Source: a virus
Taxonomy: Duplodnaviria; Caudoviricetes
DNA: 64,000 nucleotides
Reading direction: 5' to 3' (one strand)
Virus record (IMG/VR): IMGVR_UViG_3300030376_001612
Span: 1 to 64,000 of that record
In this document: piece by piece, positions 11,138 to 20,657 of the stretch
How positions within the stretch are numbered: the stretch's first letter is position 1
Layout of the letters: each line of letters opens with the position of its first letter
Translations under genes and position numbers: made by a program
Notes under the pieces: generated by a model
Told to the model about the DNA's origin: nothing
The model's database searches: none
Seen by the model: only the letters and a program-made list of their open reading frames with translations

Positions 11138-13321
11138 CTATCTTATATTTTTAAATCCTGATCTTTTTTTGGTTCTTCCTATGCCTTTATTGCGTCCCAA
11201 ATTTCTAAACGCACTATACTTTAATTTATACAAATTTTCTTGATTATCCAAGGATTTTGATGTTGATTCACGCCTTTTAAGGTATCCTCTATTAGATTGT
11301 TGCACTTTTGCAAAAGCTATTAGTGCAGAGAAGGCTACAAGTCTATCTACGTTAAGTCCAGGATAATAAGCTAACATTTCCTTTAATAACATAGGATCTG
11401 GTATTCTTTCAACACCAAGCGTTTGACTAATAACAGAACCATTTATATCAGTTTCCTCATCAATCTGTTCTCTTATAAATTCTATTGCGTATGATATTAA
11501 ATGATTTTTAAAAAGTGTTCCTGTATTCTTCCATCCATATTCTTGATATACTGTTCTGTTTGAACCAAGATCTTTTAAAAATAAAATTTGTTGTTTTGGC
11601 ACTAACCATTTTTGTTTTCTTTTGGCAATCATATGCTGTATAAATAATGATATATTATTTTCTACAACAGTCCATGCTTTATACCACTCAATGATTTTTT
11701 CTAACTGCTCATGAGTTTTGTTTATATCATCATACCTACCACACCAAGCAGCAACAATCTTATCTTTTTCTATAATAGTTTCTATACCGTCCGGTGTCTC
11801 TCTTCTTATCTCAACAGGATTTTTATAAACAAATATACTACACAAAGAATCTGATGTAGTTGTTTTACCTTCTGATACCGGGTCAACAGAAGCATAATAC
11901 ATTCCAAAATCAGGATTTTTAATGGGTCTTTCCCATACAACTAGCACCCCTTCTTTGTTAGTAGCTTTTTTATCTACAGGAAACTTACTAATAGGTAATC
12001 TGTTACTTCTTTTAGCTACTATACCTTCTTGTTCCCATTCTAATTCTATATGCTCATAACTGTAATCTTTGTCAATTATTTTTCTCATTTGCTTTTGTAG
12101 TATACCTTGAGGAAATATAGATTGTTTTCTGTAGGCAAAAGCTTCTGCTATATTCATAGGCTTCTGAGAAATCCTTAGTTGAAACTGCTCAGGAGATAAT
12201 TCTGACTTCCATCTTTTTCTTTCAACATTAATGGATTCAAGTGCTTCTTCTATTTTACTATTTCCAAAATCATCAATGTAAGGAGGCATTGACCACTGTT
12301 CTGGTATAAACAGACCTGCTAGCCCTGAAGTGCCGTCAGCGTCCATTAAATTAGTTTCTACAGCGTATATATCATTTACTGTAGGATTAAGAATCATTTC
12401 TTTGAGCGGATTGCATTGTTCCAGATCACCAACTGAACCAGCAGCTATAAACATACCAGTTGTCATCATACCTGAAGACATAGCAGGTCTAAGATATTCA
12501 TAAGTATCCATCATCTTTGGAGCAATACCTGCTTCTTCATGAAAAAAGTAAGTTGTAGGTCCACCAACTCCAGTGGTTGCATTCTTTTCAAATGATGCTC
12601 CTTGAATTTTAGATTTTAAACCACGGGCTGTTTTTCTATTGTTTACACGGACTTCAATCTTTTGTTCCCATAGTAAAACTTTTTCTGGTGTTGATGGTCT
12701 ATACCAAGCTGTGTGTTCATTAAGAAATGTTTTGTACTCATCTAAAAACTTCCAAGAACCTTTATCATTTATGTAATCTTTTAGTGATGCACCTATCTTA
12801 CACACAGATCCCTCTTCAAACCAATAAGTATTTATAACCTTGGCCATATGAAAATATGATGATGCTATCTGACGTTTCTTTAATATTGCACAGTGTTTAT
12901 TATTAAGCTCTGCTAATATCTCATATAAAGCCATATGGTACTGAGCATCTCTTACTTTTGCAAAACCATATTTTTTTTCTTCTTTATCATATATAGGCAA
13001 AAAATTAAGCCACATATAATAATCTCTAGTTACAAACCAAGTCTTTTTATTTACTGTGTATATTACACCATTTCTGCATTTGTTTTTTTGATCATCCCAA
13101 TATGCCATAAAGTCTTTAGACCTAAAAGGAGAACCACAATAGAAACCATCTTCATTAAATCTGCGTGCTTCTGCATTAAACAAAAAAGCAGTTTCATTAA
13201 AATCATATTTGCCTGGTTCAGAAAAAATAGATAATACAAATTTGGCTAAGTCTTCTTCAGACTTAAATTCAGTGGTAGTCCACTCTCCATCTTTGTATGT
13301 TGGGATAGATTTACTCATCAA
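11138..13321 (-). CDS. terL: Terminase large subunit
   Basis: LKKRQIASS (Walker A-like), FFHEEAG (Walker B), nuclease YASVDPV and NVDRLVA. Confidence 0.9.
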   Translation of the reverse strand: MMSKSIPTYKDGEWTTTEFKSEEDLAKFVLSIFSEPGKYDFNETAFLFNAEARRFNEDGFYCGSPFRSKDFMAYWDDQKNKCRNGVIYTVNKKTWFVTRDYYMWLNFLPIYDKEEKKYGFAKVRDAQYHMALYEILAELNNKHCAILKKRQIASSYFHMAKVINTYWFEEGSVCKIGASLKDYINDKGSWKFLDEYKTFLNEHTAWYRPSTPEKVLLWEQKIEVRVNNRKTARGLKSKIQGASFEKNATTGVGGPTTYFFHEEAGIAPKMMDTYEYLRPAMSSGMMTTGMFIAAGSVGDLEQCNPLKEMILNPTVNDIYAVETNLMDADGTSGLAGLFIPEQWSMPPYIDDFGNSKIEEALESINVERKRWKSELSPEQFQLRISQKPMNIAEAFAYRKQSIFPQGILQKQMRKIIDKDYSYEHIELEWEQEGIVAKRSNRLPISKFPVDKKATNKEGVLVVWERPIKNPDFGMYYASVDPVSEGKTTTSDSLCSIFVYKNPVEIRRETPDGIETIIEKDKIVAAWCGRYDDINKTHEQLEKIIEWYKAWTVVENNISLFIQHMIAKRKQKWLVPKQQILFLKDLGSNRTVYQEYGWKNTGTLFKNHLISYAIEFIREQIDEETDINGSVISQTLGVERIPDPMLLKEMLAYYPGLNVDRLVAFSALIAFAKVQQSNRGYLKRRESTSKSLDNQENLYKLKYSAFRNLGRNKGIGRTKKRSGFKNIR

Positions 13322-13589
13322 CTAAAACAGCAAATATATCACCTGCTGCTATTAGTAAGTGATCTTCTCCTTCATGTTTCATTTTGGTAGGTAATGCATA
13401 GTCTGCATATTGTATACAATCACCTACTTTTACCTCATCAACTTCTTTACCTACTGCAATAACATGACCTTTTAGTTCATCTTGTCTTTGACTTTCTGGT
13501 ATCATAATGCTTGTTCCTGCAAAGTATGCATCTGCATCTTTCTTTTTGATAAGTACTCTTTTACCTACTGGTATTACTTTGGTTTTCAT
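13311..13589 (-). CDS. groES: Co-chaperonin GroES
   Basis: PVGKRVLIKK...IMIPE...GHVIAVG...VKVGD...DIFAV Cpn10 pattern. Confidence 0.85.
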   Translation of the reverse strand: MKTKVIPVGKRVLIKKKDADAYFAGTSIMIPESQRQDELKGHVIAVGKEVDEVKVGDCIQYADYALPTKMKHEGEDHLLIAAGDIFAVLVDE

Positions 13590-13603
13590 AATTTAAATTT
13601 AAT

Positions 13604-14122
13604 TTACATTTGATCATAAGCAAGACCTTGTCCACCGCGGACAGAACTTTCTTGCTCAGATTTCATATCAGTAAATGCTCCCTTGTATGATTGTCTAATT
13701 TGTTCAAACTTTGAAGCAGCATTTACCATTGAGTTAATATTACCATCTCTTCCATGCTCTATCTGTGTAACTTCCATGTACTTAGCAAGTCTATCAAGCA
13801 TAGATTTGATACCCACGTATGCTCTATACGTTGGTGTTTCATATAATTTTTTACACATATCTAATGCGTATCTAATTTTAGAATCTTCTGTAGACTCTTC
13901 TAATTCTATTTCTTCAATTATTATATCTTCTTTTTCATGCTCAGGTAAATTAAAAAAAGGATTTAAATCTGGATTAGGGCATGACATATAAAACAAGTAT
14001 TGATATACTTGCATATATGTTTCAGGATAAGTTTTCATTATTTCTTTTAAAAACTTTATTGTATAGCAATGTTCTGTAGGTACTGCTTTGCCATTTTGTA
14101 TATCAAATATTCTAACAATCAT
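13604..14122 (-). CDS. Conserved protein upstream of TerL (possible small terminase)
   Basis: 172 aa helical; position only. Confidence 0.4.
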   Translation of the reverse strand: MIVRIFDIQNGKAVPTEHCYTIKFLKEIMKTYPETYMQVYQYLFYMSCPNPDLNPFFNLPEHEKEDIIIEEIELEESTEDSKIRYALDMCKKLYETPTYRAYVGIKSMLDRLAKYMEVTQIEHGRDGNINSMVNAASKFEQIRQSYKGAFTDMKSEQESSVRGGQGLAYDQM

Positions 14123-14261
14123 AATATAAAATTAAAGAGACATCCATTATTCCTAAATATAAAACATGCTCAATAGAACATGAGTCTTCATTTATATAGT
14201 TTCTATATCCAAGTAAAAACCCTGGTACTATACCCATATTAATTTCCCAACGTTGTAACAT
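14112..14261 (-). CDS. Small hypothetical protein (49 aa)
   Basis: Own translation MLQRWEINMGIVPGFLLGYRNY...EHVLYLG; overlaps both neighbours' stop/start. Confidence 0.55.
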   Translation of the reverse strand: MLQRWEINMGIVPGFLLGYRNYINEDSCSIEHVLYLGIMDVSLILYYDC

Positions 14262-14887
14262 TATTCATATATTTTGTCAAGATCAATACACACAAGTGGC
14301 CAACCAGTTTGAACATATCCATTAATTACCCTAATTGAATGAGTTGGCGCAGTTCCTGTTAGTGTAACACCATAATAACCATCACTCAATAATGTAGTAC
14401 CATCATTTAAAAATACTTTATTACCTGCTGCTGGTAAACTATTTGCTGTACCATTATGTTTATAAGTTTGGTTCGTAATAGAACTACATGCTCCATTAAA
14501 AACTGTAACAGTACTAGACGTGTATGCTACTGTACCTGTATTACCAGTACCTGTATTACCTCCTTGGTTACCATTACCTTGTCCTCCCCCTTGGTCAACT
14601 GTATCACCACTACCTACTGTAACAGGTGAATATGCATTTTCATTCATAAGTGCTACAAGTTGAGCGTAAGGTTGTTTAACTACAACAAAACCAGCACCAT
14701 CTTTCAAAAAAACTTCATTAACATCTTTAACCCATGTTTTTGTTTGAATGTCCCAGTGTGGTCTTACCATTGAAATAAGTTCTGAATGAACAGTCATTTC
14801 TTGTGGATAGTCACATACTACTTTAGGATGTCCATTATTATCTATTTGGACATAAGGTATTACAGTCATTAATGTTATTTTAGGCAT
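14261..14887 (-). CDS. Two-domain protein with Gly/Asn linker
   Basis: GGGQGNGNQGGNTGTGNTG linker before a beta-rich, two-Cys C-terminal domain. Confidence 0.5.
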   Translation of the reverse strand: MPKITLMTVIPYVQIDNNGHPKVVCDYPQEMTVHSELISMVRPHWDIQTKTWVKDVNEVFLKDGAGFVVVKQPYAQLVALMNENAYSPVTVGSGDTVDQGGGQGNGNQGGNTGTGNTGTVAYTSSTVTVFNGACSSITNQTYKHNGTANSLPAAGNKVFLNDGTTLLSDGYYGVTLTGTAPTHSIRVINGYVQTGWPLVCIDLDKIYE

Positions 14888-15698
14888 TTTTATTTTCTTT
14901 AAGCCATTTAATAAGTTGAACTACTTCATCCTTAAGATATGGCAAGTTATACATTTTTATGTCTTCTATTACTGGTTCCCCATCTACGTGTTCATTGATA
15001 GGATAACCATTAGAATCTGTTCCAACTTGTTTAAATTTAACATGTTGAATTTTAAGATTTCCAACCTTTAGTTTAGGGTTGTGCTTTTTAATAATATACG
15101 CATAAATACTCAATTGTAAGTTATAATGATTCAAATTACAATCATCTAAATGACTTACTGGATTATACATCTTGCTGGTTATACCCTCCCAATTAGTAAA
15201 TCCTTTTTCTTTTATCTCTTTATTTGTTTTGTAATCAGTGATGTTTATATACCCATTTACAATCTCTACTAAATCAGCCTGCCCACATAAACCTGCTGAC
15301 TTTAGATATACTAATAACTCAGGATAAATACCACTAACTAGCTTTTGATCTAGTGCTATTTTAGCACCTTCCTCATTAAACTCAGCTCTAAATATTGGTA
15401 GTGTAGAACCATATCTTTTTATATTATCAAACTGTATCATGTCTGCTTCTCTTTGATCATGATAAAAATTACCTAGTTTTATTGCTCTGTCTGTTTCATT
15501 TTTCCAAGCTTGTAGTATTTCTTTTTCTGTCATACCAAACCACTTAGAACGTTTATTCTTAGAAGATTTTTTAGCTTGTGCTTTTGCATCAAACTTAGGT
15601 TTAAACATACCTATAAAACCAGTAACGCTAGTCCAATTTATTTTATCTTGATCAGTGCTTTCATAAAGGTGACCTTCTTCTTTGAATACAATTGCCAT
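14880..15698 (-). CDS. PD-(D/E)XK (Cas4/RecB-like) exonuclease
   Basis: GQADLV...ITDYKT...YNLQLSIY. Confidence 0.8.
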   Translation of the reverse strand: MAIVFKEEGHLYESTDQDKINWTSVTGFIGMFKPKFDAKAQAKKSSKNKRSKWFGMTEKEILQAWKNETDRAIKLGNFYHDQREADMIQFDNIKRYGSTLPIFRAEFNEEGAKIALDQKLVSGIYPELLVYLKSAGLCGQADLVEIVNGYINITDYKTNKEIKEKGFTNWEGITSKMYNPVSHLDDCNLNHYNLQLSIYAYIIKKHNPKLKVGNLKIQHVKFKQVGTDSNGYPINEHVDGEPVIEDIKMYNLPYLKDEVVQLIKWLKENKNA

Positions 15699-15778
15699 CT
15701 TAGTAACTTATTGATGTATACCACATGCCATTTTGAGCATTTATGTTATACGTTGTTTTATTTTCTTTATATATATAA

Positions 15779-16087
15779 TTAATCATTATCTATTAATTTT
15801 TGTTCTTCTAATTCTGTAAGTAATGCTTCCCATTTTCCTGCTGGACATTCTGATGACATAGATCTTGACTTCCATTTCATAGAACAACCACACAAAGAAC
15901 AACAAGGCTGTGTGCCTGGCGCCATACATTTACTTCCTTCTGTATCAAACTCTTCACAGGACTCACATATTTTAATTCTAGATGCAGCAATTTTTTCTAC
16001 ATACTCAGTTCTAAAAATATCATTTTTAATACCATCATAAATTTGATCTATGTTTTTAAGTGCATTAATGTATTTACTTATTGGCAT
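15779..16087 (-). CDS. Zn-binding protein
   Basis: RIKICESC...CSLCGC...ECPAGKW. Confidence 0.6.
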   Translation of the reverse strand: MPISKYINALKNIDQIYDGIKNDIFRTEYVEKIAASRIKICESCEEFDTEGSKCMAPGTQPCCSLCGCSMKWKSRSMSSECPAGKWEALLTELEEQKLIDND

Positions 16088-16442
16088 TCTTATTCTTTTT
16101 AAACTGTTTTTTGTTTTCTATATTGTCATCTATAATTCTCAAAGCAGATTGCATCTCTTCAAGTTTTTTATTTATTGCATATGTTTTTTCATATCCTTCA
16201 TAAGTTCTTTTTCTCAAATTACCAAGCATACTTTTATTTCTTTTAATAGCTTTTTGCAACTTGCCTTTTCTAATAAAAAAAGTACCTAGACCATCAACCA
16301 GAATTCTGGGATACTCTAGTGTAGATAAAGATTTTCTAACTTTTGCATAATAAAAAGATATAAAATCTTCTACAACTTTAGGATGGACACCAACCTCTTT
16401 AGCTATTTCTTCCTTAAACTTTTTGTGGCTCTTTGGTCTCAC
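16074..16442 (-). CDS. HU/IHF-like DNA-binding protein
   Basis: EIAKEVG...ILVDGLGTFFIR. Confidence 0.65.
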   Translation of the reverse strand: MRPKSHKKFKEEIAKEVGVHPKVVEDFISFYYAKVRKSLSTLEYPRILVDGLGTFFIRKGKLQKAIKRNKSMLGNLRKRTYEGYEKTYAINKKLEEMQSALRIIDDNIENKKQFKKNKNANK

Positions 16443-16794
16443 GTCCTAAAATTTTATAATCTAACAAAACAATTCCTTCAACTTGAATATTCATGTCACT
16501 ATTTAGGTTTATTGTTTTCTTATTTACTCCATTTTTAATAATCAATCCTTTTTTTTCTGCTTTAGTTATTGCATTTCTTGCAGATTGATTGCTTTTGAAA
16601 ATATCATTATCAGTCAAGTATATACAAAATTTTGTAAGTTCTACTCCAGCTTTCTTTGCTAGCTTAGTTAAAAGTTTTAAATCTGTATTACTTATATGTA
16701 TATCATTAAAAAAACAGTGTGACAATATTTGATATGCTACTGTATCCTCTATTGTCACTTGCTTTTTAAACTCTACTTTATTTACTATTGCCAT
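16414..16794 (-). CDS. Winged-helix-like protein
   Basis: SNQSARNAITKAEKKGLIIK. Confidence 0.45.
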   Translation of the reverse strand: MAIVNKVEFKKQVTIEDTVAYQILSHCFFNDIHISNTDLKLLTKLAKKAGVELTKFCIYLTDNDIFKSNQSARNAITKAEKKGLIIKNGVNKKTINLNSDMNIQVEGIVLLDYKILGRETKEPQKV

Positions 16795-16795
16795 T

Positions 16796-17713
16796 TTACA
16801 AACTTAGTATAATATCAATTAATCTTTCATCTGGGTAACAATCTGTTTTATCTCTTCTTACGTTAGTATGAGTTAATAAACCTTTTACTTTACCATAGTA
16901 AGCATCTTCTTGAAAATCAAATGCTTTTACAGGTCCATATTTTTGTATCCATTGTTTAAGACCTAATCTAACATCAATACCATCTCTTTCAGCAATATAC
17001 TTTATCCACTTTTCAACTTCTTCCATTTGTCTATCAGTATAAGAATGATATTGAGTATAGCCTCTAAAAGGTTCTTTAAGTGTATAAATCTGGTCTTCTT
17101 TAACTCTTGTATTAACATAAGTCTTTCCATCTTTTAAGTATCCAAATGCACATATCTCAATACCAGTAGAATGTCTATTCATATGACCACTACCTGTTTT
17201 GCCTAAGTGCCATCCATAACCTCCAATAGGAAAAGCCTGTACCATTACTCCATCATAACTATCATTACCTGTAGTAGAGCACTTACCTCCTAGTACAAAT
17301 TCTGTAGCAACTCTACCTCTAGTATCTCTTCCCCAATGATCAACAACCTTAAAAGGATTCTGTCTACCAGCCGTATGATGTAAAAAAGCATATTCATTTA
17401 CTACAGGACCCTCAAGATATTCTCCTTTTGGTAAGTAGTATCTGTGTATAGTTTGACTAAATTTAGTTTCCCATACTGCAGATTGATTATCAGTATCTTC
17501 ATCTATAGCTTCTTCTTGGTATGTAGCCCCTACAAGAAGACGCTCCCAAGTAGATGCACCTACTATACCATCTGGTTTAAGATCATAAGCTAACTGAAAT
17601 CTAATAACTGCTTTTTCTGTTGCTGGACCAAACACACCATCTTGTGTTAATTTTAAAATAGTTTGTAATTTGTGTATTTCTGGTCCTTTATCACCCTTCT
17701 TGATTAGTTTCAT
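16796..17713 (-). CDS. Endolysin: peptidoglycan-binding domain + N-acetylmuramoyl-L-alanine amidase
   Basis: DGVFGPATEKAVIRFQ...DGIVG PG-binding; HHTAG, GIEIC, HTNVRRDKTDC amidase_2; start moved to ATG 17713. Confidence 0.85.
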   Translation of the reverse strand: MKLIKKGDKGPEIHKLQTILKLTQDGVFGPATEKAVIRFQLAYDLKPDGIVGASTWERLLVGATYQEEAIDEDTDNQSAVWETKFSQTIHRYYLPKGEYLEGPVVNEYAFLHHTAGRQNPFKVVDHWGRDTRGRVATEFVLGGKCSTTGNDSYDGVMVQAFPIGGYGWHLGKTGSGHMNRHSTGIEICAFGYLKDGKTYVNTRVKEDQIYTLKEPFRGYTQYHSYTDRQMEEVEKWIKYIAERDGIDVRLGLKQWIQKYGPVKAFDFQEDAYYGKVKGLLTHTNVRRDKTDCYPDERLIDIILSL

Positions 17714-17948
17714 CACTTTGGTTTTGGTTATTAGCTTCTTGTTTTGCAAATGATTGCGCCAAGAACATAGATGCTTGTAATCTTTTAGCTCTTTGTTCTT
17801 CAATGTCAGTTAAAAGAGTTTCATACTCTAACTGAACTTTTAAGTGCTTACTTCCGTCTTTGTAGAAATTTGTAAGCTCTTGTCTTCTTTCTTTGACCTC
17901 TTCAGGAGTCAATTGCTCCTCTGGAGCAGTATTCATATCTATTGCCAT
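17691..17948 (-). CDS. Hypothetical coiled-coil protein
   Basis: ORF track; TATCTTTG promoter upstream. Confidence 0.6.
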   Translation of the reverse strand: MAIDMNTAPEEQLTPEEVKERRQELTNFYKDGSKHLKVQLEYETLLTDIEEQRAKRLQASMFLAQSFAKQEANNQNQSDETNQEG

Positions 17949-17978
17949 ATTATTGGTTTTAAGTTAAACAATATATAA

Positions 17979-17986
17979 CAAAGATA
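17979..17986 (-). promoter_or_regulatory. Bacteroidota -7 element (TATCTTTG)
   Basis: Matches TAnnTTTG 30 nt upstream of 17948 start. Confidence 0.55.
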
Positions 17987-18021
17987 TAAATAAAGTTTAA
18001 ATAATAAAAGTTTAAAGTGAA

Positions 18022-18201
18022 TTATCTTGTTGTAAACGTATGTAATGAGAATAAAATAAGGCCTGAGAGTAATATTCCTAAGATTGCTTCATCATTCTGT
18101 GTTACTTGTGTTCTATCTTTTCTATCCCAAGATGGTTTTGCTGGTCCACAGCTGCTAGATAGTAAAAAGAATAGTATTGTAATGATTATAGTCTTTTTCA
18201 T
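18022..18201 (-). CDS. Small lipoprotein with C-terminal TM helix (59 aa)
   Basis: Own translation MKKTIIITILFLLSSSC...AILGILLSGLILFSL. Confidence 0.55.
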   Translation of the reverse strand: MKKTIIITILFFLLSSSCGPAKPSWDRKDRTQVTQNDEAILGILLSGLILFSLHTFTTR

Positions 18202-18587
18202 GATTTGAATGTTTGTTTTTTACCTCCGTTATAAATATAAGCATGCCCTTCATCTACTAACATTTGATTCAAGCACATTTCCTTTCCTTCTATGTCTTTG
18301 ACATATATTTCACCTAATACACGTCCATACTTACCTGTACCGTGTGATTTAAGCCTACATAATCCAGAATCACAGCTAACGTCTAAAAGTATTTCTTTCG
18401 TGCGTGCTTTGGCGGCTAAACCTTTTTTCTTTTCAGCTTTATCACGAGTTCTAGATTCCCACGTATCTACGCCTTTCAATCTTATTCTACGTTTTATCCA
18501 CGTATCAAACCCCAGGTCAATCATAGCATCAAAGGTATCCCCGTCTACTACCCTCACTAATTTAGCCCTATATACGTATTTATCCAT
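18198..18587 (-). CDS. Thermonuclease (SNase-like)
   Basis: RVVDGDT, RIRLKGVDTWE, GKYGRVLG, LVDEGHA. Confidence 0.9.
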   Translation of the reverse strand: MDKYVYRAKLVRVVDGDTFDAMIDLGFDTWIKRRIRLKGVDTWESRTRDKAEKKKGLAAKARTKEILLDVSCDSGLCRLKSHGTGKYGRVLGEIYVKDIEGKEMCLNQMLVDEGHAYIYNGGKKQTFKS

Positions 18588-18757
18588 TATATTTCTTTTT
18601 CTGATACTAAGGTCATTGTAGTATTAGCTCTATTTCTTAGATATTGATCTATTGTCCACTCAGCAGTTCTATCTGTTTCTACTGTTACATGTGATATAGT
18701 TTCATGCTGAGGTCCTGATTCAACAACTTTAAATATTTGTTTGGTTTTAATATCCAT
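18587..18757 (-). CDS. Small hypothetical protein (56 aa)
   Basis: Own translation MDIKTKQIFKVVESG...; coupled stop/start on both sides. Confidence 0.5.
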   Translation of the reverse strand: MDIKTKQIFKVVESGPQHETISHVTVETDRTAEWTIDQYLRNRANTTMTLVSEKEI

Positions 18758-19011
18758 TAGACTTTGTTTTTATTAAGGCATTCTATTACGCATTTAAGAT
18801 CTTTGTAATCATAAAATGTTACTTCGGCTTCAGGAATTTCTACGGACCACATCTTTTTTTCTTGTCCGTTTCCACTATCATTAGATACAAAACATACGTT
18901 TCCTACGTTATACGTATAGTAATGTATATCTACGTCTAGATTACTTTCTTCTTTTGAAACGATACATTTCTCAAAACCTAATTTTATTATACTATTTTCT
19001 GTCATAGCCAC
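18757..19011 (-). CDS. Hypothetical protein
   Basis: ORF track. Confidence 0.6.
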   Translation of the reverse strand: MAMTENSIIKLGFEKCIVSKEESNLDVDIHYYTYNVGNVCFVSNDSGNGQEKKMWSVEIPEAEVTFYDYKDLKCVIECLNKNKV

Positions 19012-19352
19012 TCTTCTAGTTTTTCATGAATTGACTCAGGATATTTAGTGTTCAGCATATCTTTTAGTACTGCACATTTTTCATACTCTTCAGTCTCTAT
19101 AAAGTAGAGGATCATATTCTCATACTCTTCTTTAGTAGGGCCTACACTAGTATTATGAGCTAGTACGAAGCCAAACTCACTCTCACTGGCCTCTAATACA
19201 TAGTCCATACTAACTTTATTAGTCAAGAACATAAAAGAATTATTATACGCAAAAGAAAGCATTTCATCTTCTTTCTGCATTTCTTCTACAGTCTTCCCGT
19301 AGCCGTAATCTTCTTGTTCTTCCATACCATCCATAGTATTACCCTTATACAT
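19002..19352 (-). CDS. Hypothetical protein with UVR-like C-terminal helix
   Basis: YFIETEEYEKCAVLKD. Confidence 0.55.
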   Translation of the reverse strand: MYKGNTMDGMEEQEDYGYGKTVEEMQKEDEMLSFAYNNSFMFLTNKVSMDYVLEASESEFGFVLAHNTSVGPTKEEYENMILYFIETEEYEKCAVLKDMLNTKYPESIHEKLEEWL

Positions 19353-19415
19353 CCAATATACAAAATTTTTTCCCCACCTAAAAAAAATGTGATGTATTTA
19401 GCATTGGCAAGAGGT

Positions 19416-19445
19416 CCTATTGTTTTGCTCCCCAACTAAATTTTG
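19416..19445 (+). promoter_or_regulatory. Degenerate copy of the CCTA..TTTCTCCC motif
   Basis: CCTATTGTTTTGCTCCCCAACTAAATTTTG upstream of first plus-strand gene. Confidence 0.45.
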
Positions 19446-19446
19446 G

Positions 19447-19463
19447 TAGGGGGGTGCCCCCTA
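19447..19463. other. G/C-tract palindrome at strand switch
   Basis: TAGGGGG-GTG-CCCCCTA in an AT-rich genome. Confidence 0.6.
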
Positions 19464-19498
19464 TCACTAATTAATGTTTAACCTAATAATTTTACACT

Positions 19499-19792
19499 AT
19501 GTACTATTTTAAAATTACTGAGAGCAACAAGGCTCTCATCACAACAGACTCACCACTAGGTGGAGTAGAAACTATCACTAAGAAAGTTGGTGGTAGAGAA
19601 ATGCAAGTCAGACAGCAAGCAGGGAATGGTAATGTCCGCTTTGGATTTACTGCTATAAACCCTGAAGACGGAATGGCTTTAAGAGCAGAACTAAAGGTAG
19701 GAGATGAAATCCAATCATTAGAACTGACTGAGAAAAAGGTAGTGAACCAATCAACAGGAGAAGAATTTGACAACCTGTACTGGGCACACTAA
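19499..19792 (+). CDS. First plus-strand gene, hypothetical
   Basis: 97 aa, monocistronic with own terminator. Confidence 0.7.
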   Translation: MYYFKITESNKALITTDSPLGGVETITKKVGGREMQVRQQAGNGNVRFGFTAINPEDGMALRAELKVGDEIQSLELTEKKVVNQSTGEEFDNLYWAH

Positions 19793-19795
19793 AAG

Positions 19796-19821
19796 AAAGG
19801 GGAACTACATGTTCCCTTTTT
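19796..19821 (+). terminator. Rho-independent terminator
   Basis: GGGAAC-TACAT-GTTCCC-TTTTT. Confidence 0.75.
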
Positions 19822-20152
19822 CACTTATCTAGTTCCAATGTTGGCTTTTGCAACTATTTTGCTATCAAAACAAATTAATTGTGTGTGTTACGCAGTTAAA
19901 GTGAGGCAATATATCCACAAAATACCACCTTTTACCACTAGAATAAAATAAATGCACAGTATATATATAATATAGCTAACGTAAGAGCACAAACATTAAA
20001 TTGGGTTTGGTTCGGAGATTGACAATTGAGATGCAAATCATGAGTCCACGTTATATCACACTCTTATGTTAGCTTATATATAGTATTGTCTCTCTCTTAT
20101 ATGAAGAGTACAGTACCCGCAATATTGTTTAACCCATAATTCACTTACAGTT

Positions 20153-20434
20153 ATGAAAATAAAATATATAAAACCAGGTGCTTTTGTTAAGCACAATAAT
20201 GAGATTGGTGTTACATTAGTAGCATCAAACAATGATGCCGTAGTCAACTTCTTTGATGAGTATGGTGATCATAGAATAGTTCAAGCTCAAGATGTAGAAT
20301 ACCCAGAAGATGTGGAGTTACAGAATGAGTTATTGTTAAACCGTGGACTTAGAGAGTTAGCCTTGAATAATAATCTAATACAGATTGATACTTGGGGTGA
20401 TGATTATCTAAGTCTTGTAATGTCATTTGCCTAA
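20153..20434 (+). CDS. Hypothetical protein
   Basis: ORF track. Confidence 0.6.
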   Translation: MKIKYIKPGAFVKHNNEIGVTLVASNNDAVVNFFDEYGDHRIVQAQDVEYPEDVELQNELLLNRGLRELALNNNLIQIDTWGDDYLSLVMSFA

Positions 20435-20435
20435 T

Positions 20436-20591
20436 ATGAGAAAATTAATGTACGTTGTAGTGGCTCTATTCGTTTTAGGGCCAGTACTAACATCTTGTAG
20501 CTCATCCAGAGGAATGTGTAAAAGTAAAAAGAAATACTATAAAGCACAGAAATGCTGGAATGCTAAGAAGCAAAAGTATACAAGATGCTAA
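20436..20591 (+). CDS. Small basic lipoprotein (51 aa)
   Basis: Own translation MRKLMYVVVALFVLGPVLTSC-SSSRGMCKSKKKYY; lipobox LTSC. Confidence 0.6.
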   Translation: MRKLMYVVVALFVLGPVLTSCSSSRGMCKSKKKYYKAQKCWNAKKQKYTRC

Positions 20592-20601
20592 GCTTAATCA
20601 T

Positions 20602-20639
20602 AGGTATAGCCTACTTACTATTAGTAGGCTTATACCTTT
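20602..20639 (+). terminator. Hairpin/terminator
   Basis: AGGTATAGCCTACT...AGTAGGCTTATACCT-TT. Confidence 0.55.
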
Positions 20640-20657
20640 ACTTACACACTAAATAAT

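Noticed and set aside
14880-15698. Cas4 of a CRISPR system
   Set aside because: No array or other cas genes and no four-Cys cluster motif; ordinary phage PD-(D/E)XK nuclease
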